The position numbers and the translations under genes were made by a program. Under the pieces are notes generated by a model that was not told the DNA's origin, did not search any database, and saw only the letters and a list, made by a program, of their open reading frames with translations. From Candidatus Latescibacterota bacterium (lineage in GTDB: Bacteria > Latescibacterota > UBA2968 > GCA-2709665), in assembly GCA_965237675.1 (NCBI GenBank), contig OZ250150.1, positions 1,696,001 to 1,760,000 on the forward strand: a stretch of DNA of 64,000 nucleotides. The letters are read 5' to 3'. Below are positions 46,518 through 56,200 of this stretch, piece after piece. Each line of letters starts with the position of its first letter. Position 1 is the stretch's first letter.

Positions 46518-49500
46518 ATGATGTTTAATCGTCTCAAGAGGGTTCTTCTGGTTCTGCTGACGCTCGGCGTCCTCTCGCTCGTGGTGGTGTACGATCCCGA
46601 GGACGTGTCCGACGTGATACGGGATGCGCTCCATATCCGGCAGGTGGCGCCCCCCGAGCAAGCCCGGGGGGATCTCTCGGCCGAGGATCGGGCCGTTCGC
46701 CGGGTTGTGGATGCGATCACCGAAGAGGAGGTCCGGTCTCACGTGGCGGCATTAACCCGGATGCCGTCCCGCGTGGTGGGGTATGGCGGGGAGCGGCAGG
46801 CGCGGGATTACGTCCGGTCGCAATTCGAGGCGCTGGGTCTGGAGCGAATTACCACGGAAACGTTCGACGTGACCGTGCCAATCGACGCGGGAGGCGCGCT
46901 GAAGTTGACGGCAACCGGGGAGGAGATGCCCATTTACTGCCTCTGGCCTAACGATGTGCGTACCTCCACGCTTCCGGCCGACGGGGTTGGCGGGCCGCTG
47001 ATCTACGGGCGAAAGGGGGAATTCTCGGATTTCAACGGGTCGGTTGTGGACGGCAGCGTCGTGTTGATGGACTTCGGCTGCGGGCAGAATTACGTGAACG
47101 CACTGGCCCTCGGCGCCAAGGCGATTCTGTTCTTCGACGACGGCAACGTGACGCGCGGGGAGGCGGAGGACAAATTCCTGGAGGTGCCCGTGAATGCGCC
47201 CCGGTTCTGGGTAAACCGGGAGGATGCGCAGCGCCTCCTGAAGTGGATCCGGCGGGGGGATGCGCGGGTCCACCTGACGGGCAGGATGGACTGGAAGACG
47301 GTGGAGGCGGCAAATGTGTACGGGTATCTGCCCGGATCCGGGGAGCGCATTCCGGGAGGGACGGGCCGCAGGTGGAAGGACCGCCTGATTGTGGTGGGCG
47401 CGTATTACGACGCGATGTCGGTGGTGCCGGCGCTCGCTCCCGGCGCGGAAAGCGCCTCGGGAGTTGCCGCGTTGCTTGAGGTGGTCCGGTCGTTGAAGCA
47501 ACACGGTTCGAGGTACTCCTTCCTCTTTCTGGCGACATCCGCGCACTTTGAGGGATTGACGGGAATCAACGATTTCCTCTATCGACATTCCCGGCGAAGC
47601 GATTATTTCAGGGACCGGATTCCCGAAGGGGACCGCATTGACTTCAGCCTGTTCGTCGGGCTGGATCTGTCCAGCCGCAGCAGACAGGTGGGCGGATTTG
47701 CGATGGGAACATTCTACAACGCCGGCAAGGGAACGGACGAATACCTGAAGAATCTGCTGACGCCCTATTCGCACAGGTTCCGAGAGTACGCAACTGCGCT
47801 TTTCCAGGGTGAGGAGCGCTACGTGGACGTGGTGGCTCCGGCCAAGCGCCCCTGGACGTCGTTTATGCCGGTCCCCCTGGCCCTGGAGAGCGAGGCGGCG
47901 GTATTCGTGGGTCAGGAGGCCATGACGCTGGCGACCCTGTATGACGGCCGCGTCCGCACGGATACGCCAGCGGATCGTCCGGAGAAGATGGCGTTCGACC
48001 GGTTGACCGACCAGGTGCGTTCGGTGGCTGCAATGATGATCAGGGCGGGTAACGATCCGGGCTTTTTCCGGGAGACCCAGCTTCTCCTGATGGACCGGGG
48101 ACATCGCCTGGCCGGGCGTGTTCTCTGGTTCGACCGGGACGTGGACTTCGCGATTCCAAGGGTGCCGGTGCCGGGCGCGCTGGTGACGTACAAACAGCCG
48201 GGGCCCGGTAGCCTGGCCGGCGTTCGGACGCTGATGGTCACCCAGACCACCCGGGGCCCGATCTATGAAGCTCCGGACTCGAAAGGGGCGCTGTACGGTT
48301 CGCGGAACGCGATTGCGCAGACCGGTCGGTTTGCATTCGACATCGTAAGAAACCGGTTTTCCAACCAGATACTGGCTTACGAGATCGACGGAGAGGGGCG
48401 GATCGTTTCGGCCCCGGATATGGGAAGAGAGGGCGCCGGTCCGGATGGGAAAAACGGGAAATTTCCCCTGGTGCAGAGATACGGCTGGTGGGACAACGAG
48501 ATGATGAGTGTGCTGTTCAGGTGCCGGTCGCTGAGCCTCTTCGAAATTGTGGATTCGAGCTATCTCTCGGTGCTGGATCATATGAAGGTGCTGGGGCGGG
48601 ACAACAGCGAGCCGATCGAGTACGGTTTTCGGTACGTGGCCAACCAGGGCCGGAAGGAGGGAAAGGTCACGCAGGCGTCGGTGGCATTCGCTCCGCCGGG
48701 GGAACGAATCAAGATCCTGATGAGCAGCGGGCTCTTCGGAATCAAGTACCTGCTCATCAACGCGCCGGATGATCTGCTGACCGATCCCGTCGCTCCGCGG
48801 CAAGTGGATGCAGCCACGGTGAAACGTTCCATGGGAACAGGCTACGTCCCGGACGGGAACGTGATTTCCCTGCCTTCGTACAGGGCGGCGCGGGATATGT
48901 GGATCGTGGATGACGTGCGGATGAAGCAACTGGCTCGATACGGCGTGGAAAACCAGCGGCTTTCACGGCTTCACGATGACGCACGCGCGTCTCTTTTGGA
49001 GGCGAAACGCCACCTGGATAATCGCAGCTACGACCGGTTCATCGCAGCGGCCAGGAAAGGTTGGGGGCTGGAGGCGCGCGGCTACCCCGAGGTCAAGGAG
49101 ACGGCCAACGACACCGTGCGGGGCGTCATTTTCTATTTCGTCCTGTTGCTGCCGTTTTCGTTCTTTTGCGAGCGGCTGTTTTTCGGGTTTCCCGACGTCC
49201 AGCGACGGATCGTCGGATTCGCCGCGATTCTCGTCGCCATGTTCCTTGCGCTGCGGTGGGTGCATCCCGCGTTTCAGCTGTCCGGGTCTCCATACATCAT
49301 CTTTCTTGCGTTTGTGATTCTGTGCCTGGGAGGGATGGCGATGGTGATTGTGGTTTCCAGGTTCGCGGATCAGGTCAGGCGTTTGAAGCAGGCGGCTACG
49401 GGCGTGTACGAGGAGGATGTGGGGCGGATTTCCGCAACGATCGTGGCCTTTACACTGGGCGTATCGAATCTGCGAAAGCGCCCGTTGCGCAGCGGGCTGA

Positions 49501-51233
49501 CGGCCGTCACACTCACGTTGTTGACGTTCACGGTGCTTTCGTTCACGTCAGTTCAGACGTATCTGCGCTTTTATAAGCTGCCGAGGGACAACCGCCCGCC
49601 CTACCAGGGCGCGCTGGTGAGAGACCGCAATTGGAGAGGGATGCAGCCTTCCGTGCTGACCTACATCCAGAGCCATTTTGGCGGTTTCGCCAGGGTGGCG
49701 CCCCGGGCATTCTACATTTCCGAAAAGCGGGGCGAGCGTGCGTATATCGACTTTGAGGAACCGGTAAGCGGCCGGCGGAGTTTCGCGAACGGTTTGTTGG
49801 GTGTGACGCCACAGGAACCGAAGATAATGGGTATGGACCGGCTGCTGGCGGCTGGCCGGTGGTTCATGGAGGGAGAACGCCACGCGGTCATCCTGCCTGG
49901 AGAACTGGCGGAACTGGTGGGGATCTCTCACGCGGACGTGGAAGCCGGGCGGGCGCGGGTGCGTATGTTGGGGGTCGAGCTTGCCGTTATCGGCATCCTG
50001 GATTCCAGGGCGGTCGACAGGCTGGCGGACATGGACGACGAACGGTTGACGCCCATCGACACCACAATGGAGACAGCGGGGACGAGCGACTGGCGCAACC
50101 TGAGCCAGGACCCGAGGTTGATGGGAGCGGAGCCGATCGAGGCGTTTATCCACCTGGACGCCAGCAATACGGCGTTGCTTCCGTACGAATTCGTCGTTGA
50201 AATGGGGGGCACGCTCCGGTCGATTGCGATCACCGATTTCAGAGATGCGCAGGGCAACCCGAGCCCGGACGTCCGGCGGCAGATCGAAGAGTTCATGTCC
50301 CGTGTGGCGCTGACCATGTTTGTTGGGATCGGCGAAGAGGTGGCCGTCTACAGTTCGATCGGAACCACGTCGCTTTCAGGCATCGCGAATCTCTTCATAC
50401 CGCTTTTGATCGCCTCCCTGATCGTTCTGAATACGATGATGGGCGCCGTATACGAAAGGTTCCGGGAAATCGGTGTGTACTCGGCCGTGGGGCTGGCGCC
50501 GAGCCACATTTCCGCGCTGTTTCTCGCCGAAGCGGCCGTGTTCGCCACGCTGGGCGCGGCGTTCGGTTACCTGATCGGCCAGGCCGTGGCGATGTTTCTG
50601 TACGAGCGCGGTGCGCTGGGTGGGTTGTCGTTGAACTATTCGTCGCTTTCGGCCGTTTCTTCAACGCTGCTGGTGATGTTGGCGGTGTTCCTGTCCACCC
50701 TCTATCCGGCCAGGAAGGCCGAGCAGATGTCCGTGCCCGACGTGACCCGGCGGTGGCAGTTTCCACATCCGAAGGGAGACGAATGGACTTTTGACTTTCC
50801 GTTTACACTGGCCGGATCGGAAGCCCTTGGGATGTATACGTATCTCTTTCGGTGTTTCGAGTCCTTCGGCGAGGGCTCTCTTGGCAGGTTTGTTTCGCGG
50901 GATGTGCGCTTTCAGTCCGAGCCACTTTCGGCTGGCACGGGGTACAAGATCGCGCTGCGGATGTGGCTGGCTCCCTACGATATGGGCATCAGCCAGGATG
51001 TCCAGATGAATGCGATTTCCACGGGAGAACACGAGATATACCGCATCGAGGTTCGAATCCATCGCCTGAGCGGAGACGTGAACTCCTGGCAGCGGGTGAA
51101 TCGAGGCTTCCTGAACGACATCCGCAAGCTCTTTCTGGTATGGAAAACAATGCCTCCGGAAACAAAGACGGACTATGCCCGGCAGGGCCAGGCGGAACTG
51201 GAGACGTCGGCGGGCCGGGAGGTCGTGTCTTGA
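46518..51233 (+). CDS. 1571-aa fusion: M28 peptidase-like/PA extracytoplasmic domain + FtsX/MacB-like ABC permease
   Basis: N-terminal TM. SRVVGYGGE, a PA-like insert and IVVGAYYD...APGAESASGVAALLE. Then a TM bundle, NLRKRPLRSGLT, AGRWF and LNTMMGAVYERFREIGVYSAVGLAP...FLAEA...YPARKA (FtsX/MacB C-terminal signature). Confidence 0.85.
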   Translation: MMFNRLKRVLLVLLTLGVLSLVVVYDPEDVSDVIRDALHIRQVAPPEQARGDLSAEDRAVRRVVDAITEEEVRSHVAALTRMPSRVVGYGGERQARDYVRSQFEALGLERITTETFDVTVPIDAGGALKLTATGEEMPIYCLWPNDVRTSTLPADGVGGPLIYGRKGEFSDFNGSVVDGSVVLMDFGCGQNYVNALALGAKAILFFDDGNVTRGEAEDKFLEVPVNAPRFWVNREDAQRLLKWIRRGDARVHLTGRMDWKTVEAANVYGYLPGSGERIPGGTGRRWKDRLIVVGAYYDAMSVVPALAPGAESASGVAALLEVVRSLKQHGSRYSFLFLATSAHFEGLTGINDFLYRHSRRSDYFRDRIPEGDRIDFSLFVGLDLSSRSRQVGGFAMGTFYNAGKGTDEYLKNLLTPYSHRFREYATALFQGEERYVDVVAPAKRPWTSFMPVPLALESEAAVFVGQEAMTLATLYDGRVRTDTPADRPEKMAFDRLTDQVRSVAAMMIRAGNDPGFFRETQLLLMDRGHRLAGRVLWFDRDVDFAIPRVPVPGALVTYKQPGPGSLAGVRTLMVTQTTRGPIYEAPDSKGALYGSRNAIAQTGRFAFDIVRNRFSNQILAYEIDGEGRIVSAPDMGREGAGPDGKNGKFPLVQRYGWWDNEMMSVLFRCRSLSLFEIVDSSYLSVLDHMKVLGRDNSEPIEYGFRYVANQGRKEGKVTQASVAFAPPGERIKILMSSGLFGIKYLLINAPDDLLTDPVAPRQVDAATVKRSMGTGYVPDGNVISLPSYRAARDMWIVDDVRMKQLARYGVENQRLSRLHDDARASLLEAKRHLDNRSYDRFIAAARKGWGLEARGYPEVKETANDTVRGVIFYFVLLLPFSFFCERLFFGFPDVQRRIVGFAAILVAMFLALRWVHPAFQLSGSPYIIFLAFVILCLGGMAMVIVVSRFADQVRRLKQAATGVYEEDVGRISATIVAFTLGVSNLRKRPLRSGLTAVTLTLLTFTVLSFTSVQTYLRFYKLPRDNRPPYQGALVRDRNWRGMQPSVLTYIQSHFGGFARVAPRAFYISEKRGERAYIDFEEPVSGRRSFANGLLGVTPQEPKIMGMDRLLAAGRWFMEGERHAVILPGELAELVGISHADVEAGRARVRMLGVELAVIGILDSRAVDRLADMDDERLTPIDTTMETAGTSDWRNLSQDPRLMGAEPIEAFIHLDASNTALLPYEFVVEMGGTLRSIAITDFRDAQGNPSPDVRRQIEEFMSRVALTMFVGIGEEVAVYSSIGTTSLSGIANLFIPLLIASLIVLNTMMGAVYERFREIGVYSAVGLAPSHISALFLAEAAVFATLGAAFGYLIGQAVAMFLYERGALGGLSLNYSSLSAVSSTLLVMLAVFLSTLYPARKAEQMSVPDVTRRWQFPHPKGDEWTFDFPFTLAGSEALGMYTYLFRCFESFGEGSLGRFVSRDVRFQSEPLSAGTGYKIALRMWLAPYDMGISQDVQMNAISTGEHEIYRIEVRIHRLSGDVNSWQRVNRGFLNDIRKLFLVWKTMPPETKTDYARQGQAELETSAGREVVS

Positions 51234-51258
51234 ACGCACACGCGAGGGAAAACGCGGT

Positions 51259-53226
51259 ATGCCGAGACCTGCCGGGCAACGCGAAGCGGCGGTAGCCGGC
51301 ACGAAGTCGGCTTTGCGCGGGGTTTCGGTGCGCGCCCTGAGCGTTGGTCTGGGTATTGCCGCCCTGCACAATTTCTGGAGCCTGCACTCGCTCTATATCA
51401 TCCGGGGATCATGGCTTAACCGGACGCACTTCCCCATGGGCGTGTTCGTGCCGTTCCTGATCCTTGTTCTGACGGTGCCCGCCCTCCGGCGGTTCGTTCC
51501 CAGGATGGCGTTGTCCGGCCCGGAACTCCTGGTGGCGCTGTGCGCGGGCCTGGCGGGTGGGATGGTGCCCACGTTCGGTCTGTCCACGACCTGGATCGGG
51601 ATGCTGGCGATCCCCCACTATCTTGCCACGCCCGAGAATATGTGGGGAGAGTACCTGCTGCCCCACGTACCCGGCTGGATGTTGCCTTCAAACGCGCAGG
51701 GGGCCATGAGATGGCTCTTTGAGGGTCTGCCGCCCGGTGAGGGGATTCCCTGGCACGCGTGGGCGGCCCCGATGTTCTGGTGGACGGCGCTGCTAGGCGG
51801 GATGGCGCTGGTTTCTTTCTGCACGGTCGTGGTGTTGCACCGTCAGTGGTCGGGGCACGAACGCCTGGCCTATCCCATTCCCGCGGTGGCCGTGGATATG
51901 GCGGAGGGAGCCGAGGGCAGAGGCGAGTGGGCCGGGTTGTTGCGGAACCGGTTGTTCATTGCGGGGATGCTTGCCGCGCTGACGATCAAGGTCTGGAACC
52001 TGGTTCCGGCCTTTGTTCACGGATTTCCGATGATCCGGTTGTTTCACCAGCAGTTGTGGGTGCACTTTACGCAATACACACAGGTCCATGTGAGCCTGAA
52101 TTTCTATACCATCGGGTTCGCGTATTTGACCGGCCTGGACCTGCTGCTGAGTATCTGGCTGTTCCATCTGTTTTACATTCTGGAGATCGCGGCTTTCGCA
52201 CGGGTTGGGCTGGGGATTGCCGGATTTTCCGGCGGGGTCGTATCCTGGCAGGGCGGCGGCGCGATGATGTGCTACGTGGGCCTGGCGTTATGGACCGCCC
52301 GGGGGCACCTCAAACGCGTGGTTCGCCGGGCACTGGGGCAGGGGGGCGGAGCGGACGACGCCGGGGCGCTGATGGGCTACAGGTGGGCGGTTTCGGGTCT
52401 GATTCTGGGGGTGGCCTTTGTGATCTGCTGGTTGCGGATGGCGGGCATGGGTCTTCCCCTGGCCACGGCGCTGACCGTGTTCCTGTTCACAAGCTACCTG
52501 GGCCTCGCCAGGGTTGTCGCGCAGACCGGCCTGCTTTACGTCAACTTCCCCCTCAGCGGGCAGGCGCTGATTCTGGGCACGTTGGGCGCGGCCTCCATCC
52601 CGGCGCCGGGGCTCACGGCCATGGCCTTTACAAACGTGTTCGCCAATGACAGCATGGGCCTGTTCATGCCGGCCTTCGCGCAGATCGCAAAGCTGGCCGA
52701 ACGGGTGGAGCGGCACCGGAGGCGTTTGGGCTGGGTTGTGGCGCTGGGCCTGTTGACCAGCATTGCGGCGTCGGTGGTGCTGACACTGTATTGGGGGTAT
52801 TTCGGCGGGGCGTACAATTTTGGAAGTATCGCGCTTTTCCGAAGGACGGTGCCCAGCGTGAACGGGTACGTAAGCCATATGCGCAGCCCGGATCCCGTTC
52901 AGGCGGCGCCGTTTATTCTCTTTGCGGCCGGCGCGGCGGGCATGGCCCTGCTGGCGTTCCTGCGATACCGGTTCAACTGGTGGCCGGTGCACCCGGCCGG
53001 GTTGGCCGTGGCCTACACGGGGTTGACGAAGCACGCTGCTTTCAGCATCTTTGCCGCCTGGATCTGCAAGTTTATCGTGATCAAGACCGGGGGGATGCTG
53101 CTCTATCGACGGACGGTACCATTTTTTATCGGGACGATCGTGGGCTATGCGCTGTCCGTCGCCCTCGGATACGTACTGGATGTGATCTGGTTCGAAGGGC
53201 AGGGGCACGCCGTGCACGCATATTGA
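51259..53226 (+). CDS. Second DUF6785/DUF6784-like multipass membrane protein
   Basis: Paralog of 44496..46499: RGVSVRAL, YLATPENMW, PWHAWAAPMFWW, LHRQWSGHERLAYP, ARVVAQTG, RYRFNWWPVHPAGL, PFFIG. Confidence 0.82.
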   Translation: MPRPAGQREAAVAGTKSALRGVSVRALSVGLGIAALHNFWSLHSLYIIRGSWLNRTHFPMGVFVPFLILVLTVPALRRFVPRMALSGPELLVALCAGLAGGMVPTFGLSTTWIGMLAIPHYLATPENMWGEYLLPHVPGWMLPSNAQGAMRWLFEGLPPGEGIPWHAWAAPMFWWTALLGGMALVSFCTVVVLHRQWSGHERLAYPIPAVAVDMAEGAEGRGEWAGLLRNRLFIAGMLAALTIKVWNLVPAFVHGFPMIRLFHQQLWVHFTQYTQVHVSLNFYTIGFAYLTGLDLLLSIWLFHLFYILEIAAFARVGLGIAGFSGGVVSWQGGGAMMCYVGLALWTARGHLKRVVRRALGQGGGADDAGALMGYRWAVSGLILGVAFVICWLRMAGMGLPLATALTVFLFTSYLGLARVVAQTGLLYVNFPLSGQALILGTLGAASIPAPGLTAMAFTNVFANDSMGLFMPAFAQIAKLAERVERHRRRLGWVVALGLLTSIAASVVLTLYWGYFGGAYNFGSIALFRRTVPSVNGYVSHMRSPDPVQAAPFILFAAGAAGMALLAFLRYRFNWWPVHPAGLAVAYTGLTKHAAFSIFAAWICKFIVIKTGGMLLYRRTVPFFIGTIVGYALSVALGYVLDVIWFEGQGHAVHAY

Positions 53227-53257
53227 CGCTAACGCACGTAACGGAGGGTATGATCTG

Positions 53258-56200
53258 ATGCGTATTCCACCGGTGTACACGGAACGGAAGGATCTCAATC
53301 TCGATACGGAACTGGTCCGAAACGGCCGGGCGAACGTCACGATCGTGGTTCCGGAAGGGCGGCTTTACGGTGGCCCGTCGAAACGCCTGCAGGCGGCTAT
53401 TCAGGCGCGGACCGGCGTGCGCGTGCCCATTGCCGAGGAAACGTCCAAGGCAGGAGCCGCGCCCATTTCCGCACACGTGATCGTGCTGGGCAACCGGTCC
53501 AGCAGCCGCACGATAGAAGCGCTCTACAACCAATACTACACGCTGCTGGATCTGCGCTATCCGGGGCCGGGCGGGTACGAGGTCCGGTCGCTTCACAATC
53601 CGTTCGGTAACGGGTACAATGTGATCTTCGTGGGCGGTAGCGATGAAGACGGTGTGTCGGCGGCAGCCGATGCGCTGGCGAGAAGGGTGTCCGAAGCGGA
53701 GGGCGAAGAAGGCGCGCTTTCGCTGGGTTGGCTGATGGAGATTGAACTGGGACGGGGGATCGCGGTACCACGGGACATCCGGGATTTTGAGACCTGGGAG
53801 GCCTCCGCGGGATACGGATCGGTGGGGTATTTCGGGTGGAACAGCATCAGCAAGCGGATGGCCATGTACTATATGACGGGAGACCCCTTCCACGCGCGGG
53901 AAGCCCTCCGGCTGGCCTTCCCGGACGATCGGGCAAAGGCAGAGATAACCGAGATCGACGGGGAACGGATCGAGAACAAGGACGAGCCGCTCGGCGGTCC
54001 CTACCACTACAACGCGCATATGATGATTCTGTACTGGGATCTGATTGAGGAAAGTCCGGTGTTTACGGATGATGAACGCCTGCGGGTGACAAACGCCTTC
54101 GCGTCTCAGTTCGGCCACGCGCAGGACCAGGGCGCGCGCAGGCAGGTGGCGGAGAATGTGCGACGCGGCGCGAGGGGTTTCGGAGACCCGCCGCGCAGCG
54201 TGGGGTCGCGGCACGGGCAGTGGTCCGCGATTTCGCTCTACTGCCTGGGGCGTTACTTCCAGACCCATTACCCGCATGAACTCTGGGAGCAGTCCATGGA
54301 GGCGGCGAGGTGGCATTTTGCATCGCTGCATCGCCACGCCTGGGTCGACGGGGAGCAGGACAATCTGTTCTGGTACAATACCGGGATGGCCCCCGTTCTG
54401 AGTTATATGCTGATTACCGGGGACCGCAAGCCGATGGATAACGGGGTGCTGGACACCCTCCTTCGCGGGCAGGAGATCCTGGCCTCGGGACGTGAGCCGG
54501 ACTGGGCGTTGAATTCGGCGTCAATCGGTTTTCTCAACAAGGCCGCCTATCTGACGAAGGACGGCCGCTACCTCGAATACCTGCGCCGTACCGGCATGGA
54601 CCTGGACGTCTTCCGGCTGGGGCAGTCCTTCTGGCCTGAGGGCGGCCTTACGGCGAAGCAGCCCACGGATCTTGTGAACAGGTGGTGCATCCATCCCATC
54701 CCGGAGCCGATGTGGCGGGAACGCGCGGGCGGATTGCCACTGGAAGAGTCCTTCCTGTTCGGAAGCTTTCGGAGCGCGGCCGATGCCACGGGCGATTTCA
54801 TCCTGGTGAAGGGGATGAACGGCGCGTCGCGTAACGCGTACCATACCTTTGTGATTCTGGAACTGCGACTGGGCGGACAGACGCTGCTGGAAGGCTATTT
54901 GAACCAGGTGCTGACCCGGTCGGACGGGACCGTGGAGCCGGCGGTGGCGATGGATTCGGCGTTGAAGTATCGGGGTGTGGTTGGAGGCGCCGCCGTGGTT
55001 GTCGGCGAAGTGCCGAGAGCGGCGTTCTGTTCCTGGCGGCGAACACTGGTTCAGCGCATCGGCCGGTACGCGTTGTTTGCGGACGAACTGACCTTTCGCG
55101 CGGACAGCGCAGAGTTGGAGGTGGAGGTCCTGTGGCAGGGCAAGGGCGCGTGGGAGGTGTTGCCGGACCGGGGCGCGGTCCGGATTCGGGATGTCGCGGA
55201 GATCCGCATGTCGGATCCGATGGAGACTGCCGTTGCTGACGGGCAGGCACGCATGGCCTGGCGGGGAATCGTGGAAAAGGGAAGCGGGAGATGCTTTTTC
55301 TCGCTGGTGGGAGGGACGGGGACAGCATGCGCGCGGCTGGGTGTCAATGCGGCGGCCCTGGCGCTGCCCGAGCCGGCGGTTGCCGCCCTGGGCGAATACC
55401 AGGGACTTCATGGAGATCTGGTCGTTCTGGCGTCCAGCCACCTCCATGGCGTCAATGCGACCGATGTCGCTTTTGGCGATCTGCTGTTCCACGCAAGCGC
55501 GCCGGTGCAGGTCGACTGGGACTTTCATAGCGGCACCCTGGAGGTGGTTGCGGGTGAGGAGGTCGAATTACGCCTGGCCGTCGCCGATCCGGGTAGCGCG
55601 CGCGTGGGCGGAAGCGTTCCCGGGGGCGGTTCGGATGACTCCGGTATGTTGACCATCGGAATCCCCGCGGGGCGGCATACGGTTTCGGGCGTGTTACCCG
55701 ATGCGGATACGATTGAAAAGGTGACCGCACGGCTCGAGGGCCTTCTGGAGCAGGGCCGCGAGGCCAGAAGGCTATCCGCGGCCGCGCCATCGCCTGTTCT
55801 GCCGGATGTACCCTCCATGGCGCCTGTTTTCGCCACCGGCGTGGGTGGTGCGGTGGTAGACCTCGTCGTCGCCGATTCTGGCGAGGAAACGCGAATCTGT
55901 GCGGCTGAGGCTAAGAATGTCCACGTGTTGTCACAGGAGGGGAAAGAACTCCGAACCCTGCGGACGGATGGTCCCATCCGTCTCCTCCACTGGTGGGCGG
56001 AGCACAACCTGCTCCTGGCGGGATGTGTGGACGAGAAGGTCATTGCGTTCGATCCGGATACGGGAGATCGGCAATGGACGTTTGTGTCCGAGGAAGACCC
56101 GGCGGTGTTCCAGGCCGCAAAACCGTACTGGTTCAAGACGGCGCCGGGGCACGCGGGCGTTCATGGACTCCATTCCGGCGTGTTCCTGGATGGCGAAAGC

